A DNA stretch of 63,820 bases, filler included, from Guillardia theta CCMP2712 (taxonomy: Eukaryota > Protista > Cryptophyta), in assembly GCF_000315625.1 (NCBI RefSeq). It is 6 parts of 6 records of this genome, joined end to end, with 100 filler letters (N's around TTAATTAATTAA, not from the genome) between each part and the next. Parts side by side here need not be neighbours in the genome. Positions count along the whole stretch, not along the records: positions 26,365 to 47,137 come from NW_005434516.1; positions 47,238 to 55,980 come from NW_005434256.1; 4 more parts are not named here. One strand, written 5' to 3'. The position numbers and the translations under genes are program-made. The notes below the pieces were generated by a model that was not told where the DNA came from, searched no databases, and saw nothing but the letters and a program-made list of their open reading frames with translations. Each line of letters opens with the position of its first letter. Within the stretch, counting starts at the first letter, position 1. Of this stretch, positions 34,950-49,226 are shown piece by piece.

Positions 34950-37900
34950 ATCCTGCACATTTTCTGATTGAAAGAGACGAGATACTAGAGTGTAGCAGTT
35001 GCGATAAACCTGCAACTTTCAAATTTGTCAAATTGTCGCACAATGCATCAACAACCTTCCTGGTAGTGAATTATCTTCCAAAAAATCAAGTAGAAAAGCT
35101 CTGTCTTGATTTTCCAGATCTATTGTAAGATAACAAATCAAAGTTCAACATGTGCAAGGGCACACAAGAAACAGTGCATAGAGTGAGAAGTCTGAGAAGC
35201 TTTAGGTGGTAGATAAACACGATCAAGATGGTCAGCAACCTTCGGCATTTCTTCGTGTACATGTTTGGCTTGATAGAAATTGGGCACAGAACCCAATCAG
35301 TTGCAATGAGCACGAAACATCAAAGCAGCTCTGCAGCCCCTAGGCAGATGTCAGTCTTTCAGGCTGTCAAAGTGCTGCAATCACCTTGTGGCTATCAGCT
35401 GATTTCAGGAAAGGACTGGTCGCATCTCCTATCAGTATTGCAGGGAAATTTGAGTGCATGGCATGCTGTGTCAAAATTCAGGGCCATGCGAAGAGAGAGG
35501 ATATTCAGGAAGTGGAATCAGGAATTTGGAAAAAAACACCATGAAACATTCAAACCACAGCAACGAAATGATGAAGACATTGAGACACGGCTCGCACAAC
35601 CTTGTTGTCTGCCGGGAAGATTCTGTTTTTCCAGAGAGAGTTGCAAAAGTCAACCAAACAGGCATTGAAGGCGCTAACTGTGCTAGTAAATTGCAAGCTG
35701 TCGTTTCCTCTCCCTTTCAGTTCTTCAAGAAGCTGTATTGAATTCAGCGATGCCAGAGTAGAACTCACGCAAAAAAAACTCAGACATCTGGGCAAGCGTA
35801 GAAACCTGTTTAGTACAGAGGCAAAGCTAAGGCAATACAAGTCGCAAGAAACAATATCAAGAAGAGCATTTCCAATCTTTCCGCAAGCACTAGAGCACAC
35901 AAGCAAGGATACGCAAAGATAGAGCTAAGAGTTTGATGGGAACACAGTCAAGAGAACGTGACAGTAAACAATCAGATGAGATCTTACGGTCTTGAAGTTC
36001 GAAAGTAATGAGCACATTCTACTCAAAGTGGCTGCGTCGGATGACACAAGTGAAAGATAGATAACGACACGAGCAGGCAACATATCCACAAGCTTCAGAT
36101 CATCTGCAACTTCCGTCAATAGCCTTGCTTCGTTTCCCAATCTCCATTCTTCCCCACTTTCCTCCCAGTTTCTACACCCAAAACCATCGCTGTCCTCAAG
36201 CTTCGCACGTACCATGAAACAACGAGTCTCGACGGAAACGAGAAAGAACCTCCTCGTAGAAAGCCAAAGCGACATCATGAATTGCGATGTGACAATGCGA
36301 TGCTACAAGAGCTGCAATAGTAACAAGTCACTAAAAGAAAGCTCTAACCACCAAATTTGTTCCAACCATTTGAAAGAAGTTTTCCAAAGGTGCAAATTGA
36401 AAGTAAAATTTGACTGCGAGAGAGATTTGTAGAAGAGAATGAATTCTTCTGGTGACAATTCACAGAACATTTTGAAAGCATCCATCGATGGATCATTGTG
36501 CTCATGGCACGCAAAAGGTGAGCTCGTCTGATTCCAGATTTCAGCCGGTTTGTCATGGGCAATACGAGAACGCTTATGTCTTGAAAGTCAATCTTTTGAT
36601 TTCAAATTTCAGAAGCAGACAAATAAATGTCAAGTCAATCAGAAAACCTGTTGTGAGTTTTGAAATACAAGGGTTATCAGCTTGCAGATTTCATAGAAAC
36701 AGTGTTTTCCATCCCAAGCCTGATAAATACGGGGTCAAAATTGCTCTCTTTGAAGGAAACTAAAGATTCCTTGAGGAAGCGCAGAAAAGCAGTCTCACAG
36801 TGAAAGGGCGTGGTATGACTTGTCTTGGTAAACTTGATCAAGTCGTTGAGCAAGACTCCTAGCCTTTTTCGATTTGTACATTTTTTCAACACATTTGCAA
36901 ACCATGCATCTGTCTCTTGTTGCAACCCTTTGGAAATTGCTATGATGAGGACACCGAACGGAGCTTGAAGAACATCAACCCTGCACGAACGCATCTTGGT
37001 TATGCAAGATAATCTCACATTCACAAACGATGCAAGTGTTACCCATTTTTCGGAGCGTGATGCAAAGACCACAAACAGATTTGAAGCGATGTAATCCTCC
37101 CGTGATAGCAAGACAGGAGAGAGGAAGTATGAGGTGCTTGGTGCTGAGTCATTGAAACGAAGTCACTGCCATGCTCATATAGAAAGCAAACCAGGCAAAA
37201 TGCAAGTTGATGGTATTGCTGGCAGTATCAGTATGGCCATCCTCTCATCCTCTTACCTGACTGTCTTTGCAACCTTCAAATCTCAGCGATTCGTTCCCAT
37301 TGCCATCAACCGACTTCAAAGTAGGCGAGCCATCGTGGACAGGAACACGCAGATGCTGTGAAATTAAGTCAATCGAACACCATGGCGCGTTATCCACATG
37401 TCGATACGTTCTTGTGCAAGAGAGATCGTATCCACAGGTTCTCGTTGTCTGTGAACGGAAGGCCAGGAGCATGCAAGTTTGCAACATTTCTGCTTGTGAC
37501 TTGTCCACATTCTCGGATTTTGTAATAGAGAAACGATAGGCTTTGGTCTCCTTGGACATTCGGACAAAGTTCAGTCTCCTACTTTGAGAAGCGTACAAAA
37601 CACAGAAAAAACAGAAGCAAGAACGGAACAAAAACACCATAGCGAAGGAGTTGTGTCCAAGACAAAGAAAAAGTTGCAGAAGAACCAGTTGAGAGGGAGG
37701 AGGAACCTTGATGTTTTTGGCAGAGATTTGCAATGAGTTGTGTTTGCCACGATCTCCAGGCATCACAAGATGAGATCTGAAGAACAATCTTCGTGGTGGC
37801 ACAAGTCAATTGAACGAATACACAAGAATGAATCACATGGCAAAGAAATGGCCGAGACTCGCAGGCCGACGATCGGAGCATATGGACAATAATGCTTAAA

Positions 37901-38559
37901 TATCTGCTGAGAATGACTCTACTACTCTGATGCTCAGCATACAAGATCTGCAAGTCTCGTGTCATTATTCCATTCGCAGCGCTGCCGATCACACCAGAGC
38001 CATCCAGCGGTAAAACTTGTCTTTGAGAGAACCTGGGAACTTGTACGAGGAGGAGAGTAGGAGGGCGAGTGTTCTCTCGTGGAATCCTCTTTTTGGGCGC
38101 AAACACCATAACACCTGATTTGCATGCCATCACAGAATCAAAGAGGATGTTCGTCTCCCATACCTGCGCGCAGGATTTACCGCCGACCCCCGCGCGCACC
38201 ATACAAACAAGCGATCTTGCTGGTTGCGAATGTGAGGCGTGACGGTAAGAGTGATGATTATTTCACCACATTCATGGAGATCATCTTCGTCGAGGCTATC
38301 TCCGGCCATGGCTTCGATCCTCCTGATCTTGGCCCGCATCCGACTCGCTGGCAAAAGGCAGTTCAAAGTGACTAGCGAAATGATTGGTGCCAGATGCAGG
38401 AATCAGGACGACCCAAAGATGTCAGTGGAGGCAGGGAAGAAGGAGGAGGGAGACAGAGAGGTACCGTTGATCTTCTCGTCCTCGTGCTTGCGCTTCGACC
38501 GCCATGTCTGTCGCCCAGCATTCTCCACTAGCTGTAGGAGCTCTTGCCAGACCGACATG
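34950..38559 (-). CDS. Large multi-exon hypothetical protein
   Basis: Series of minus-strand coding-like exons starting MSVWQELLQLVENAGR, with short introns. No family recognised; 3' end uncertain. Confidence 0.45.
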
Positions 38560-39499
38560 CCCGACGCTACAAAATGAGCTCACGGCGGGCCCGGGTTGAG
38601 GAGACCGGTAGGCGGCCTGGACTGAGAATCACCTATTAGGCTGCCGCGCCTTTCAATTCTCAAGATTGGTGGTCATGTGACCCGCTGACATACCGCCCCC
38701 CTTCCCCATCTTGACATCCAAATCTCAGCAAGCAGTGTCCTCAAAGCCTCTCGTGCTTGTTCTTGTTGCTGCTATAGCTGCCATTGCTGCCATTGCTGCT
38801 ATTGCTGCTATTGCTGCTATTGCTGCCATTGCTGTTGTTCCTCTCATTCTCTGATTCTCTCAATACAAGTCGTCAGGACATGACGAATACAGATGACTCC
38901 GTCCGGATCCATCACGCTTTGCCATCTCCAGCATCATTCAGTGCAACAGCACACTACACGGATATATCTGGTAGAACACGGGAAAAGTTATCGCTCGATA
39001 AAAGAAGAAAGCTAAAGTCACTATGGCACTCAATCAAACTGATATCAGATCGGATTGATTCAAAGTCTCAGAATTCAAATGTGGATCTTCCTAGCTTAGA
39101 TTGTGAACGGATCCATGTTAAGTTCGAAACATTATCTTCTCCGGCGTTCCCGGCAATGACCCATGATTCGATCTGACCATCGGGATCTCAACCTCTACGG
39201 CGTAAACTGCTCGTTCGAACGCAAATAGGGAAGCATGTGTACGGCACAGCGTATTAAAATACTCAGATAAATACATATCGAAATGATTGGAATAAATCGT
39301 CAGATTCTGTTCAAGTGTGATGTTCTCTTGTGGCAAACTTGCATGTGTTGTCAAGATTCTGAACGCTGCGGTACTATCATCTATGTCAGTGTGACGATAA
39401 ACATCAGGATTGATTCGCCTCAATAGAACCAGATCGGACCAACTCAATCAGAATAATTCGATGGCAAGATAAGCAGAGCATAGTATAACCCTGCCACGC

Positions 39500-40200
39500 C
39501 GTTCACTATGTCAAGTCTCGCCGAGTCAGAGTTCGCTCAGAGTACGGTCATGGTCACCAGACTGAGACCACTCACCTCAGTTTCACTCAAAGTAATGTTA
39601 AACACCAGTACGAGGACAATCAGGAGACTCTGTCGAGGAGGCTTGACCCTGACACTCTGTCGCACAGGCCGCATACGGCAACTGCTGTCTCCCAATCCGG
39701 CACACACGGCCCACGGTGCCACGGTGACTCCCCGCAGTCACGCGGCCAGCTGCGGGCCAGTCGGAGGAAGTTCCGCCGGGAGCCTCAGCCCCGCCCGGGG
39801 GTCGGACCCGGCCCGGGCCGGTGGTGACCCGACGGTCCGAGACGCCGGTCCGACTCCCGAGCATGCCGGGCAAGCAGCACTGCGACTGAGCCTGAGTGCC
39901 ACCGTGGCGGACCCGGCCGCCGGGACTCCGGGACTCCGCCGTCAGTGGGCGGGGTGAACATTGACGAACGGTGGCAGGCCTGAGGGATCGTACCGTCTGG
40001 TCGACGCCCCGCGCGGCGGCCGCGCGGCTGCGCCGGAACCCGCCCCGGGCCGGGCGGGGCCGGGGGCCGGGCCGGCCGTGAGTCTATCGCCGGGCCGCCG
40101 CTGACGGTACGGTCCGGTCGGCCGGGCCGCCGCGGCCGCGGTACGGTAACTAGTAACGGTCATATGGCTAGTCCGTCCAAGTGCCCGTGCCGTGGAGCCC
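39500..40200. other. GC-rich intergenic island
   Basis: Same vocabulary; core shared with 15630-15700. Confidence 0.65.
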
Positions 40201-40256
40201 GGGTGCCTTTCAACATCGTGGGTGGGTGGTGATAGGTCCAGCGCGGAACAGCCGCC

Positions 40257-41815
40257 ATGGCGACCACATATGAGAGCTACACCCAGGAATCAAGCCAGCA
40301 TGTAATGCACATGCGCTCATGGACTCAGACTACCAAGTCAGGCGTGCAGGTATGCACCAGTGCATACGGTAGTCGGCATACCGTGACACGACACACGTGC
40401 TGTCCTGATGAAGCATCCTATCCAATCCCTGATGGTGCATGTCATACACTTGAAGTCTTCATCCTTTCAGAGTAGGTTGCTTGCTTGATTTCAGTAGTTG
40501 CAATTGCGTGTTTGCATTGTACGTGGGTCCTGACTTCTGACATTCGAATGGGAACAAAGCATGTTCTCGATGAATTGATGGCTTGAAACCACAATATATT
40601 AAACACAATATGTTCCAGTGCAGCTTAAGATTTAGTTTAGGGTTTTATGAGTTTCGAACATTTATCAGTTTGGCGCGCAGAGTGCTGAAGTCGGCTCAGA
40701 AACCATTGCAATCGCTTCGGCATATGAGCAAATCGGTAAGGTGTGTTGTATCCCCATACGAGGCCTGACTCGCTTCGCAAAAGGAGACACTCTTCAGACG
40801 GCGACAAACATTGTTCGGCAACTTGCAATTCCAATTGAAACCAGATTGGATACCGAGCTTGGAATCGTGATTGGCGAAAGAACACCTTTGATTCCTACAA
40901 AGAAAAGAATCTCAATGACCCCACCACCGCCATCGCCTTCTTTCACCAGGCCGCCTTTGTATGGGATCGGAATCAAAGTTTCGAATTCCATCCCGCACAC
41001 AATTTTGGAGATTGTTGATGTCCGAGATGAGAACGGAAAGGTATCATTGTGTTGCTCTCCTCAAGTTAGACCTGAAGATGATGTTTGTAGGACATCAACC
41101 GAGTATTGGAGAGGGGCGATATCCTGGAGAGTATCAATCAGATGCCGGTACTTATGTTCTTTGAAATTTCCTTGAGTCTATTTGATGTCCAGCAATAGGC
41201 TGACATCACCATTGATGACCTTGAGTGGAACATCTTTGGTCCAGCAGAATCTTTGGTCCAGCTTTCTTTCTTTCGACAAAGAAACGGGCACAAATATTCT
41301 GTGACATTGCTTCGCCACATTCCGCTTCAATTTGCGATCGGTCTCTCGATTGATAGAAAAACTCCATATACGTGGGTTTGCACAATGTGATTGAATCTTT
41401 CTCTGACGATTAGCAGGGTGAAGCAAGTCTATGAAGCACTCGATCAGCACAATGAAAACATTGGATCTATGATCTCCATTGGAGACATCGTCGAAAAAGT
41501 CGATGGTCGACCTGCGGTAAGCTTAAGATTTTTGCACTTCAAACCACAGCTCTCAGTAACGAGCCATCAGTCCTCGCTGCGCCTAATGAAAGACATCATC
41601 CTTGGACCCATTGACAGTATCTGCACTTTGAACATGCGAAATCCTCATACTGGAAACGCTTATCAGATTTCGGTAAAAATCACAGTCAGTCTGGTCAACA
41701 GGGGTTTCCTGACTATTCTTGCTCACAGGTCAAGAGGACCATTCCGATCAGTGCATGGAGTCGCTGGGAAGAGCAGGTAGCAGATTTGCTCGGCCATGAC
41801 ATCTATCTAGCATGA
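40257..41815 (+). CDS. Tandem PDZ-domain protein, multi-exon
   Basis: YGIGIKV...IGEGDILESINQ...IFGPAESLVQLSF and ISIGDIVEKVDGRP...IILGPIDSICTL, two PDZ-like units. Confidence 0.75.
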
Positions 41816-42509
41816 CTTGATTTTTCAAGGGTGGAATGTATGTTGATTCAAAGGTCAAAATGTTTGGATCTGTCGAGCCTTCCATGCCCATGAACTACTC
41901 GGTTTGTTCGCTTTGTGTGTTACTACGAAAACTGTGCTGACTCGGCTTGTGATTTGTCAGACCGATCGTGAATTCAGACCTTCTGACGTATACGGGTTTG
42001 ACGGAGAGGATGTCAAGGGAGAGTTCATATGATTGTTGATGCCACTTGAAGGGCCTTGCTGTGCCTGATCGATGGCCGTACGGATCGCAGAACAATCTGC
42101 ACTGAGCTTTACAAGCTTTTATATCTTTAGCATTACGTCGTGCAACTTGTTGGTAAAGCAATCTGCAATAGAATTATATCTCAGACTCAGTCGACTTGCA
42201 ACCATGCAGCTGAAAGTCTGTATGAATTGGACTCGTAAACATCAGCCTATTATTAAGACTTGATCATTGCCTTTCGCAAGTCGCAACACAGGGCCATGGT
42301 AATACAGGTCCTACAGGTCATTGTTGAGCATCTCTCCTCACGAAGTAGGTAAAATGTCATAAGATGTACCGTCAAACTTGACTTGGCTGGAGAGCATCAG
42401 CAAGTCAGCTTGTGGAAAATGACCATCGATGTGCTTTCAGGTCACAAGACCCTTTGAATTGGAGACATGATAACTAGTTTATATCTTTCTGTTTGATTTG
42501 TGCCTTTGT

Positions 42510-43265
42510 TTATCTGGATTTTGATGCGCTGTAGGATTGGCCCTGGCTATAACTGCGAAGGAATCTAGCCCGGCTATTGATTTGAGAGACCGCAAAGAGC
42601 ACCATACAAAAGAAGTACTGGAAGGTTGAGAATAGAATGTTTTCTATCTCGGCAGTCCACGGTTGCGGATTCCTTTGTATGACAATTCTCGCAAAGTGTC
42701 CCGCGTATGCCAGCACGCCAGTATAGAAGATGTGCTCCTGGTAAGAATCGGACGTAAGCACGAAGCTGAGAGTCAAGAGAAACGATGTGAGCTTGGCTCG
42801 CTCGAAGTTGAGATCCATCAGCACGAGCTCCCCCATGAAGACGAAGAACCTCACGAACACGACTTTCCTCACAAAGACGGCAATGCGGTACCTTTGTTTC
42901 TCCGACATGCGCGAGGACAGTAAGAGCCCAACCCACAACATGAGCATAATTGCTAGCCGGATCGCAAAAAGATAATCGTCGAAGTTGGTGATGCCCCTGC
43001 CTCTATACCTCACTACCAGAACCCCGATGTGATACACGGTGGATATGCCCATCGTTAATGATGATCCCAGGTTGCCTAGACATATGAGTGAGCGGAGGAA
43101 GAATTCATGGTACTTCTCTTCGACAACTTGGTCTTGAAAGGGAGAAGCATCCTTGAGCTTATCTCCAACTATTCGCAGAACATTCTGTAGACAGAGGTGG
43201 ATTGATGATGATCGATTTTGCTCCTTCTTCGTGCATATGCGCATGAATGAGCACGCAGATGACAT
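42510..43265 (-). CDS. Polytopic membrane protein of unknown function
   Basis: 251-aa ORF with about six hydrophobic segments after PFQDQVVEEKY. Confidence 0.7.
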   Translation of the reverse strand: MSSACSFMRICTKKEQNRSSSIHLCLQNVLRIVGDKLKDASPFQDQVVEEKYHEFFLRSLICLGNLGSSLTMGISTVYHIGVLVVRYRGRGITNFDDYLFAIRLAIMLMLWVGLLLSSRMSEKQRYRIAVFVRKVVFVRFFVFMGELVLMDLNFERAKLTSFLLTLSFVLTSDSYQEHIFYTGVLAYAGHFARIVIQRNPQPWTAEIENILFSTFQYFFCMVLFAVSQINSRARFLRSYSQGQSYSASKSR

Positions 43266-43599
43266 TCCTCAAGAAAATCTCCCAGGTTCCTGTGCTGTGT
43301 TGGTGGTTCTGACCGATGTGGAAACGTGCGCTAGATACTGCTATCCATTCCCATCAGCATGACCGTGAGACTGACCCCTCGGGAAACTACGGGCGAGTTT
43401 GAATGCCTTGTGAAAGCTGAAGGAGATCTCCTATCTCTCTGCTCTCTCCTTCCTCGCTCTCTTCTCCCACTTGTCTGACAACAATCACGAGTCCTGACAG
43501 GTCCTTATGACCTTTTCTTGAAACTTGTTTTATTGACTGAAAAAGAAAGGCAAACCGGAGCAAACAAGCGAGGAGAAACGGCCGGCTGTAAACCCGCCT

Positions 43600-44500
43600 C
43601 AACAAAATACTACCAGGTACTGATCGGATTTTTAACTTAACTCTGAGTAAAAAATGGACTAGGCCGCACTTTGAGTAAAGGGCCGCGCTGTGACTTAAAT
43701 GAAGGAGCCGCCGCAGCCGCGAAAGCCTCAGGCTACTCCAACCGCATGGGCCGCGCTTCCACATATGACAGTGTAAATGCGGCAAATGGCCGCAGTCAGT
43801 GGGGGGCTGGGGTGCCACGGTTCAGACGGCTGGGAGCTGATTCAACTTGAAAGTTGTTTGGGACCTGCTGAGGGCGGCCACTCAGGCAGTGACTGGCCGG
43901 GGCGCCGGAGTCCGTCCGACGGATCATCGGACTCTGTGAGCGGCGGATGACGCCGATGGCCCGCCCGGCGGCCCCCTGAGCGGCTCAGCCTGGCAGTCAG
44001 TGTGAGGCTCCGGGCCGGCCGCCGCGAGTCCGGGCCGCCGGAAGGCCGCGGCCGCACTGGCCTCACTGAGGCTGGCCTCACTGTGCCGTGCCCCAGGCCC
44101 GGCCGGGCGGCCTACAGTCAGACGGTACTTACTACTGAGTAACGGGCCAGTACTGACTCCGCCGGTGCCACTTCTGAGCCTCCGAAGGGGTGACCGTGGC
44201 ACTGTCCGACGAAGTTCAATACTACGGTCTGCCATACCGGCAGTCCGATCACGGCCGCGCCCGGCGTGACCGTAACGGTACTGTGCCGCGTCCGGGCCGC
44301 GTCCGGTCCAGGTCCCCCGGACGGCCGCCGCTTCCGAGCCGCGCCGCCCGGCGCCGCCCCGGGCCCGGGCCCCGGGCCGGGCCGCACCGTCTGCCGCGCG
44401 GCACTGCACAAGACTCCGGCCCCGGCCGGGCCCGGGCCGATCAGTGCACGGTACCAGAGACTCGGCATACGGCAGCACTGACAAGTTGGGGCCGCATTTG
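43600..44500. other. GC-rich intergenic island between divergent genes
   Basis: Same vocabulary (GGCCCGGGCC, ACCGTAACGGT, TTCAACTTGAAAGTT). Confidence 0.65.
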
Positions 44501-44547
44501 ATCGGGCATTGCAGGCACAGGGTTTTTTCCACAGGGGCAGGAGGAGG

Positions 44548-46883
44548 ATGAGAAGCGAGGAGGAGGTGAAGTCGTCGATCCTTGCTTCAACTGCCAGCAC
44601 TCTAATCGTTTGTCAGCAGCAGCAGCATGCTCTTGCCGATGTTAGCCAAGACTCAGCGGGAACGGCAGCCGAGGCCTCTCCCTATTCAGTGTTCCCCCTC
44701 TTCGGACTAGCTGTGATGTGCGGGGCATACATAGCGCCCGTCCAGCCGTACCTTGTACGATCAAGCTTCCACCAGCCTGTTTGCCCCGACCTTGTGATCT
44801 CTTCCAATATGAGCGTCTCTAACTCATCCGGATATTCGGTAGAAGCTTCACAGGACAGGTTCGCCCTCGCCAGAGTCGCATGCACAAGCTAAGTTCCATC
44901 GCCGCAGTCTCAAGGGAATCTTTTCTTTCGTCGGGTCGCTCATGGCGGGCCAGCTTTCCGATGTGCATGGCAGGTAAGCGGCGGCCTGGCACTGCTTGAA
45001 GTCTGAAGGGAAAGATAGAAAAACAGTGATCATGGTCGGCCTGTTGGGAAACATCATTCCATATCTTGCACTGGTGAGGACGCGAACTCGTCTATCTTGA
45101 ATGACGAGATCCACAGACCGCTACCTGCTTGTCCTCATGGTTTGTGATCCTTAACGTCGCTGCGGGACTGAGCAGTTCTGTAATCGCCAACTGATTGAGA
45201 GAAGTTTCCGATCTTAATGCATCATTCTCAGGCAGTGAATGTTGGAATCCTCTCATATATTGCTGATTGTACAAGACAAGACAAGCGCACAGCTGTATAC
45301 GGATATGTATGGGCAATCGCTGCATCAGGACTCTGGTTTGACACTTCTGAACAGCTTTCTGTTTGTTCTGTCGTCTTCTTGCTAGTTGCAAGCCCCCTTG
45401 GAGGCCTGATGTCCTCTCTGTGGAAAAACGGGCAGGTGAGTCCGCATGCTGCCATTGCTATCTTTGTTTGGATGATCTTCGAACAGGCGAGGAGCTTCTA
45501 CTTCTCAGCATTTGTGCTCGCTTGTCTGCCCTTGCTCGTCTCGTTTTTCCTCAAAGAGCCCGCGATTAAGGCTCGAGCATATCAGGTCATTTGACTAACG
45601 TTTCCGGCAAGTTTGACCTCTCTCAAACGTTTCCCAGCAACACCAGGACTGCAGCTCAGAAGAAGAGGTCCATGCATGGAAACCGTATTGTGAATCGAGG
45701 AATGTTGTGATGATGGTACACGACCTTTGTTTTCAACGCTTGCAAACCGACAGCCATGCGTTTTCTTAGGTCATGGCGCTTGCAATCAACATGGCAGGAG
45801 CGGCAGAGAGGTCATTCTGAAAGCCAATAGTGTCTGACTTGACAGCCTCCCTATAGCTCGCTTCTGTTCCTCTACTTTTCAAATCAATTCGAGTCATGTC
45901 AGGCAAGTACTTGTTGTGGATCTCTCCTTTCGATTTGCACATTCTGTTTGTGATGATAGTCTGAAAATTGACTACCCTCACTGCGCATTTTCACCTTGAT
46001 CTGAATCTCCTGTACCTATTAGTCTGAATGTCTTGCGGCGCTCACTACCATCTTCTCGCTTGGGATGGGAGTTTCCTCTCTAGTCTTCCTCCCTCTAGCG
46101 TTGAGGTAATCGACTGTTCTCTCTTCCCTTGACCACGACATGTAACTGTCGTTCAGGAGGTACAGCAGCATGGTAGTGTTGCGATTTGCGCTGCTATGTT
46201 CCATCTTTGTTGCTTTTCTTTACTGCTCTGCCCGTTCGCTCGTCGTCATTTACCTGAGCACCGTCATAAACATCCCGGTAAGGGAATGAGAGAGAAGGGG
46301 TTCTAGATACGAAGGAGAAGGAAACATGAGAAGTGGAGCTGGGTTGACAAGGACGTGCTTCTAAGTTCTGAACTGCCATCAGACGTTCTCGATCTCCTGC
46401 TGTATGGACTCTCTGTTTGCCGAGGTACGGAAGCGAGCAGGGGAGAAGTGAGTCACTTTGCCCGGCAGGCAGCTGGGAAAGGGAAGTCAGGAAGCGGCCT
46501 CGGTACCCTGGAGAGCCTACGAACCTTGGCGGCCTTCTTGGCTCCTCCTATCATGGCGTTTCTCATGAGCGAATGGTATCGTCATAGGACCAGCACAGGC
46601 ATGAAGTGACGGGCATGCAGGAGGTGGAAGGACTCGCTGCTGCCTGGCGCTCCATGGATGTTCTCAGTCTTCTGCTACAGTCTCGCTCTGCTCCTTTCCT
46701 TTCGTCTCGAGAGCTTGTCTCCCTCTCCCTCTCCCTCTCCCTCTCCCTCTCCCTCTGCTGCTGAGGCTCCCGCTGCCTCCTCCGTCTCTTTGTCCTCTTT
46801 TGTTTCCTCCTCAATCTCTTCCCTCACTTATTTTGCTTCTTCCGTATCCCATTACCTGCGCGGCAATGCAACCTTCGAACCAG
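44548..46883 (+). CDS. Major facilitator superfamily transporter (TetA/DHA1-like), multi-exon
   Basis: MFS motif A GQLSDVHGR/K, SYIADCT...RTAVYG, GTLESLRTLAAFLAP, PGAPWMFS. Confidence 0.85.
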
Positions 46884-47137
46884 GTCAGATGAAGTTTTCT
46901 TTGGTTGATGGAGCGGAGAAGATTGGCAGAACAGGAAAGAACAGATACGAGGAGAGACTGGAGGTTCAGAGGGGGCAACATTGACGAGAGGGATTGACAT
47001 AAAGATGGAGGGATGGATAGATGGAGCGATGGAGGGATGGAGGGAAGGAGCGGAGGATGGAGGGGAGGAGGAAGGGAGGAGAGGGAGGGAGGGAGGCAGT
47101 GGAGGATGGAGGAGGGAGGGAGGAAGGAGGAGGGGAT

Positions 47138-47237
47138 NNNNNNNNNNNNNNNNNNNNNNNNNNNNNNNNNNNNNNNNNNNNTTAATTAATTAANNNNNNN
47201 NNNNNNNNNNNNNNNNNNNNNNNNNNNNNNNNNNNNN
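47138..47237. other. Artificial contig linker
   Basis: N44-TTAATTAATTAA-N44. Confidence 0.97.
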
Positions 47238-47279
47238 CTCCATCATCATCATCATCATCATCATCTACTTGGGAAATTT

Positions 47280-47631
47280 CTCACACCAGCACCAATAATA
47301 ATCTACTCACCGGAAGTACTCATACTCGTCGACTATCGCATCATCCCTACCCCTCAGACCTGATGATCCAGTCATGGGGAAGAGACAGTGACAGGAGGGA
47401 GAAGGACAGGAGGGGGGAAGGGGAGAGGGGGGAGAGGGGGAGAGGGAGGGGGATGGGGAGGGAGAGGGAGACGGAGAGGGAGAGGGATGGGGAGCGGGAG
47501 GGGGGAGAAAGTAGAAAGAAGAGAGTAAAGGAAAGCCAGAAAACACTAGTGTTCGCATCATAGTCTGTCTGCATCCTGAACTTGCAATTCCCTTTTCCTG
47601 TTCCTGTTCCTGTTCCTGTTCCTGTTCCTGT

Positions 47632-47676
<45 letters not shown>

Positions 47677-48605
47677 GCTCCCCCACACACCAACTCCGAT
47701 CCCCCCCTCACCTTCTTCGCACATCATCTTCATCTTAGCAAACTTCCACCTTCCACTCCTCCTCGCTCCTCTCGTTCACGTAGAGCCGGACGCGGGAAAG
47801 GAGCAGCTCAGGAGCACGAGCTACGAGCAGCGGGTCCTCCAACGCCTCCCCATCATCCTCATCATCATTTCCGAGCACGGAGTCGACAGGCCCCAGCAGG
47901 AGCCCTGCTGAATGTTCCACTCCCAGCTCAGCCCTGCATGCTTGACCATGGACTTGACGTGTTTCTCTGAGGATTGTAGTCAGTTGGAGAGGGAGGGAAG
48001 GGAGGGGAGAAAAGGAGAGGAGAGGGAGGGGAAGGGGGAGAGAGAGGAGGAGAGAAGAGGGAGGGAGGGAGGGGAGGGAAGGGAGGAAAGGGGAGGGGAG
48101 GGGAGGGCGAGAGGGAGGCGGGAGGAGGAGCGGGAGTCAGAAAGCATCTTACCAGCAAGAGGGAACGACGTCAAGTCAGTCTCGAAGAGGAGGATTGAGC
48201 AGATGTTGAGAAGAGGAGTTTCAAGGAAGAGGATGAAGTTACTCTTGTTATCATGCAACCATCTAGTAAATGTGTCAGTGATCGGAGCAAGCCTCGGCAT
48301 CATAATATACAATGTTCAAGTACAACAACTCCAATCAATCCTCCTCCTCCTCCTCCTCCTCCTCATCATCATCATCATCATCATCATCATCAGCGGCGGC
48401 AGAATCAGCATCTCCATCATCATATCCATCATTGTCGTCGTAGTCATCGTCATCGTCATCAATCATCATCAAAGGCCAACTATTCGCACATACCCTCTCA
48501 TTGCCTCTAACATCTCCATATGATGGAGCAACGAAGAGTTTTCCGCACGCTCGGAGCAAATGAACCTCTACAACAAGGTCAGTCCAACGAAGGTGCTGAA
48601 ACAGC

Positions 48606-48649
<44 letters not shown>

Positions 48650-49195
48650 CCCTGCCCCTGCCCCTGCCCCTGCCCCTGCCCCTCCCAAGTTTTCCAACTC
48701 AGCTTTTTCTCTCCTCTCTCCCCCTCCATCCCTCGCTCCTGTTTCTCAAGCTGTCCTGCTCATCCCCACACCACCACCACCACCACCACCACCACCACCT
48801 GCACCTGCACCTGCACCTGCACCTGCACCTGCACCTGCACCTGCACCTGCACCTGCACCTGCACCTGCACCTGCTCCTGCTCCCCCTCTCCCCACCTTTG
48901 CACAAGTGAAGGAATCATTCAACATCGAGCTAAGCTTCTTCGTGCATATCAGCATGCAATGTGAAGTCCTGCTGTGCCGTCAAATCGTATGAAAGTTGTT
49001 TGCCCTCGAAAACGATGGGGGAGCGACAGGAAAGGGTGGGGAGGAGGAGGAGCAGGAGGAGCAGGAGGAGGAGGTGGTGGTGGAGAGACGCAAGTGGGGA
49101 AGTGGGGGATAGTATCGATATACGGAACCGAGGGGGCACAGGGGATACTGGGCAGTGGCGGAAGCAGGAAAGCCAGGATGAAGATCATAAGGGCA

Positions 49196-49226
<31 letters not shown>

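Noticed and set aside
48989-49020. MKVVCPRKR similar to the RWP-RK N-terminal motif
   Set aside because: No RWP-RK domain follows; probably antisense to a minus-strand exon
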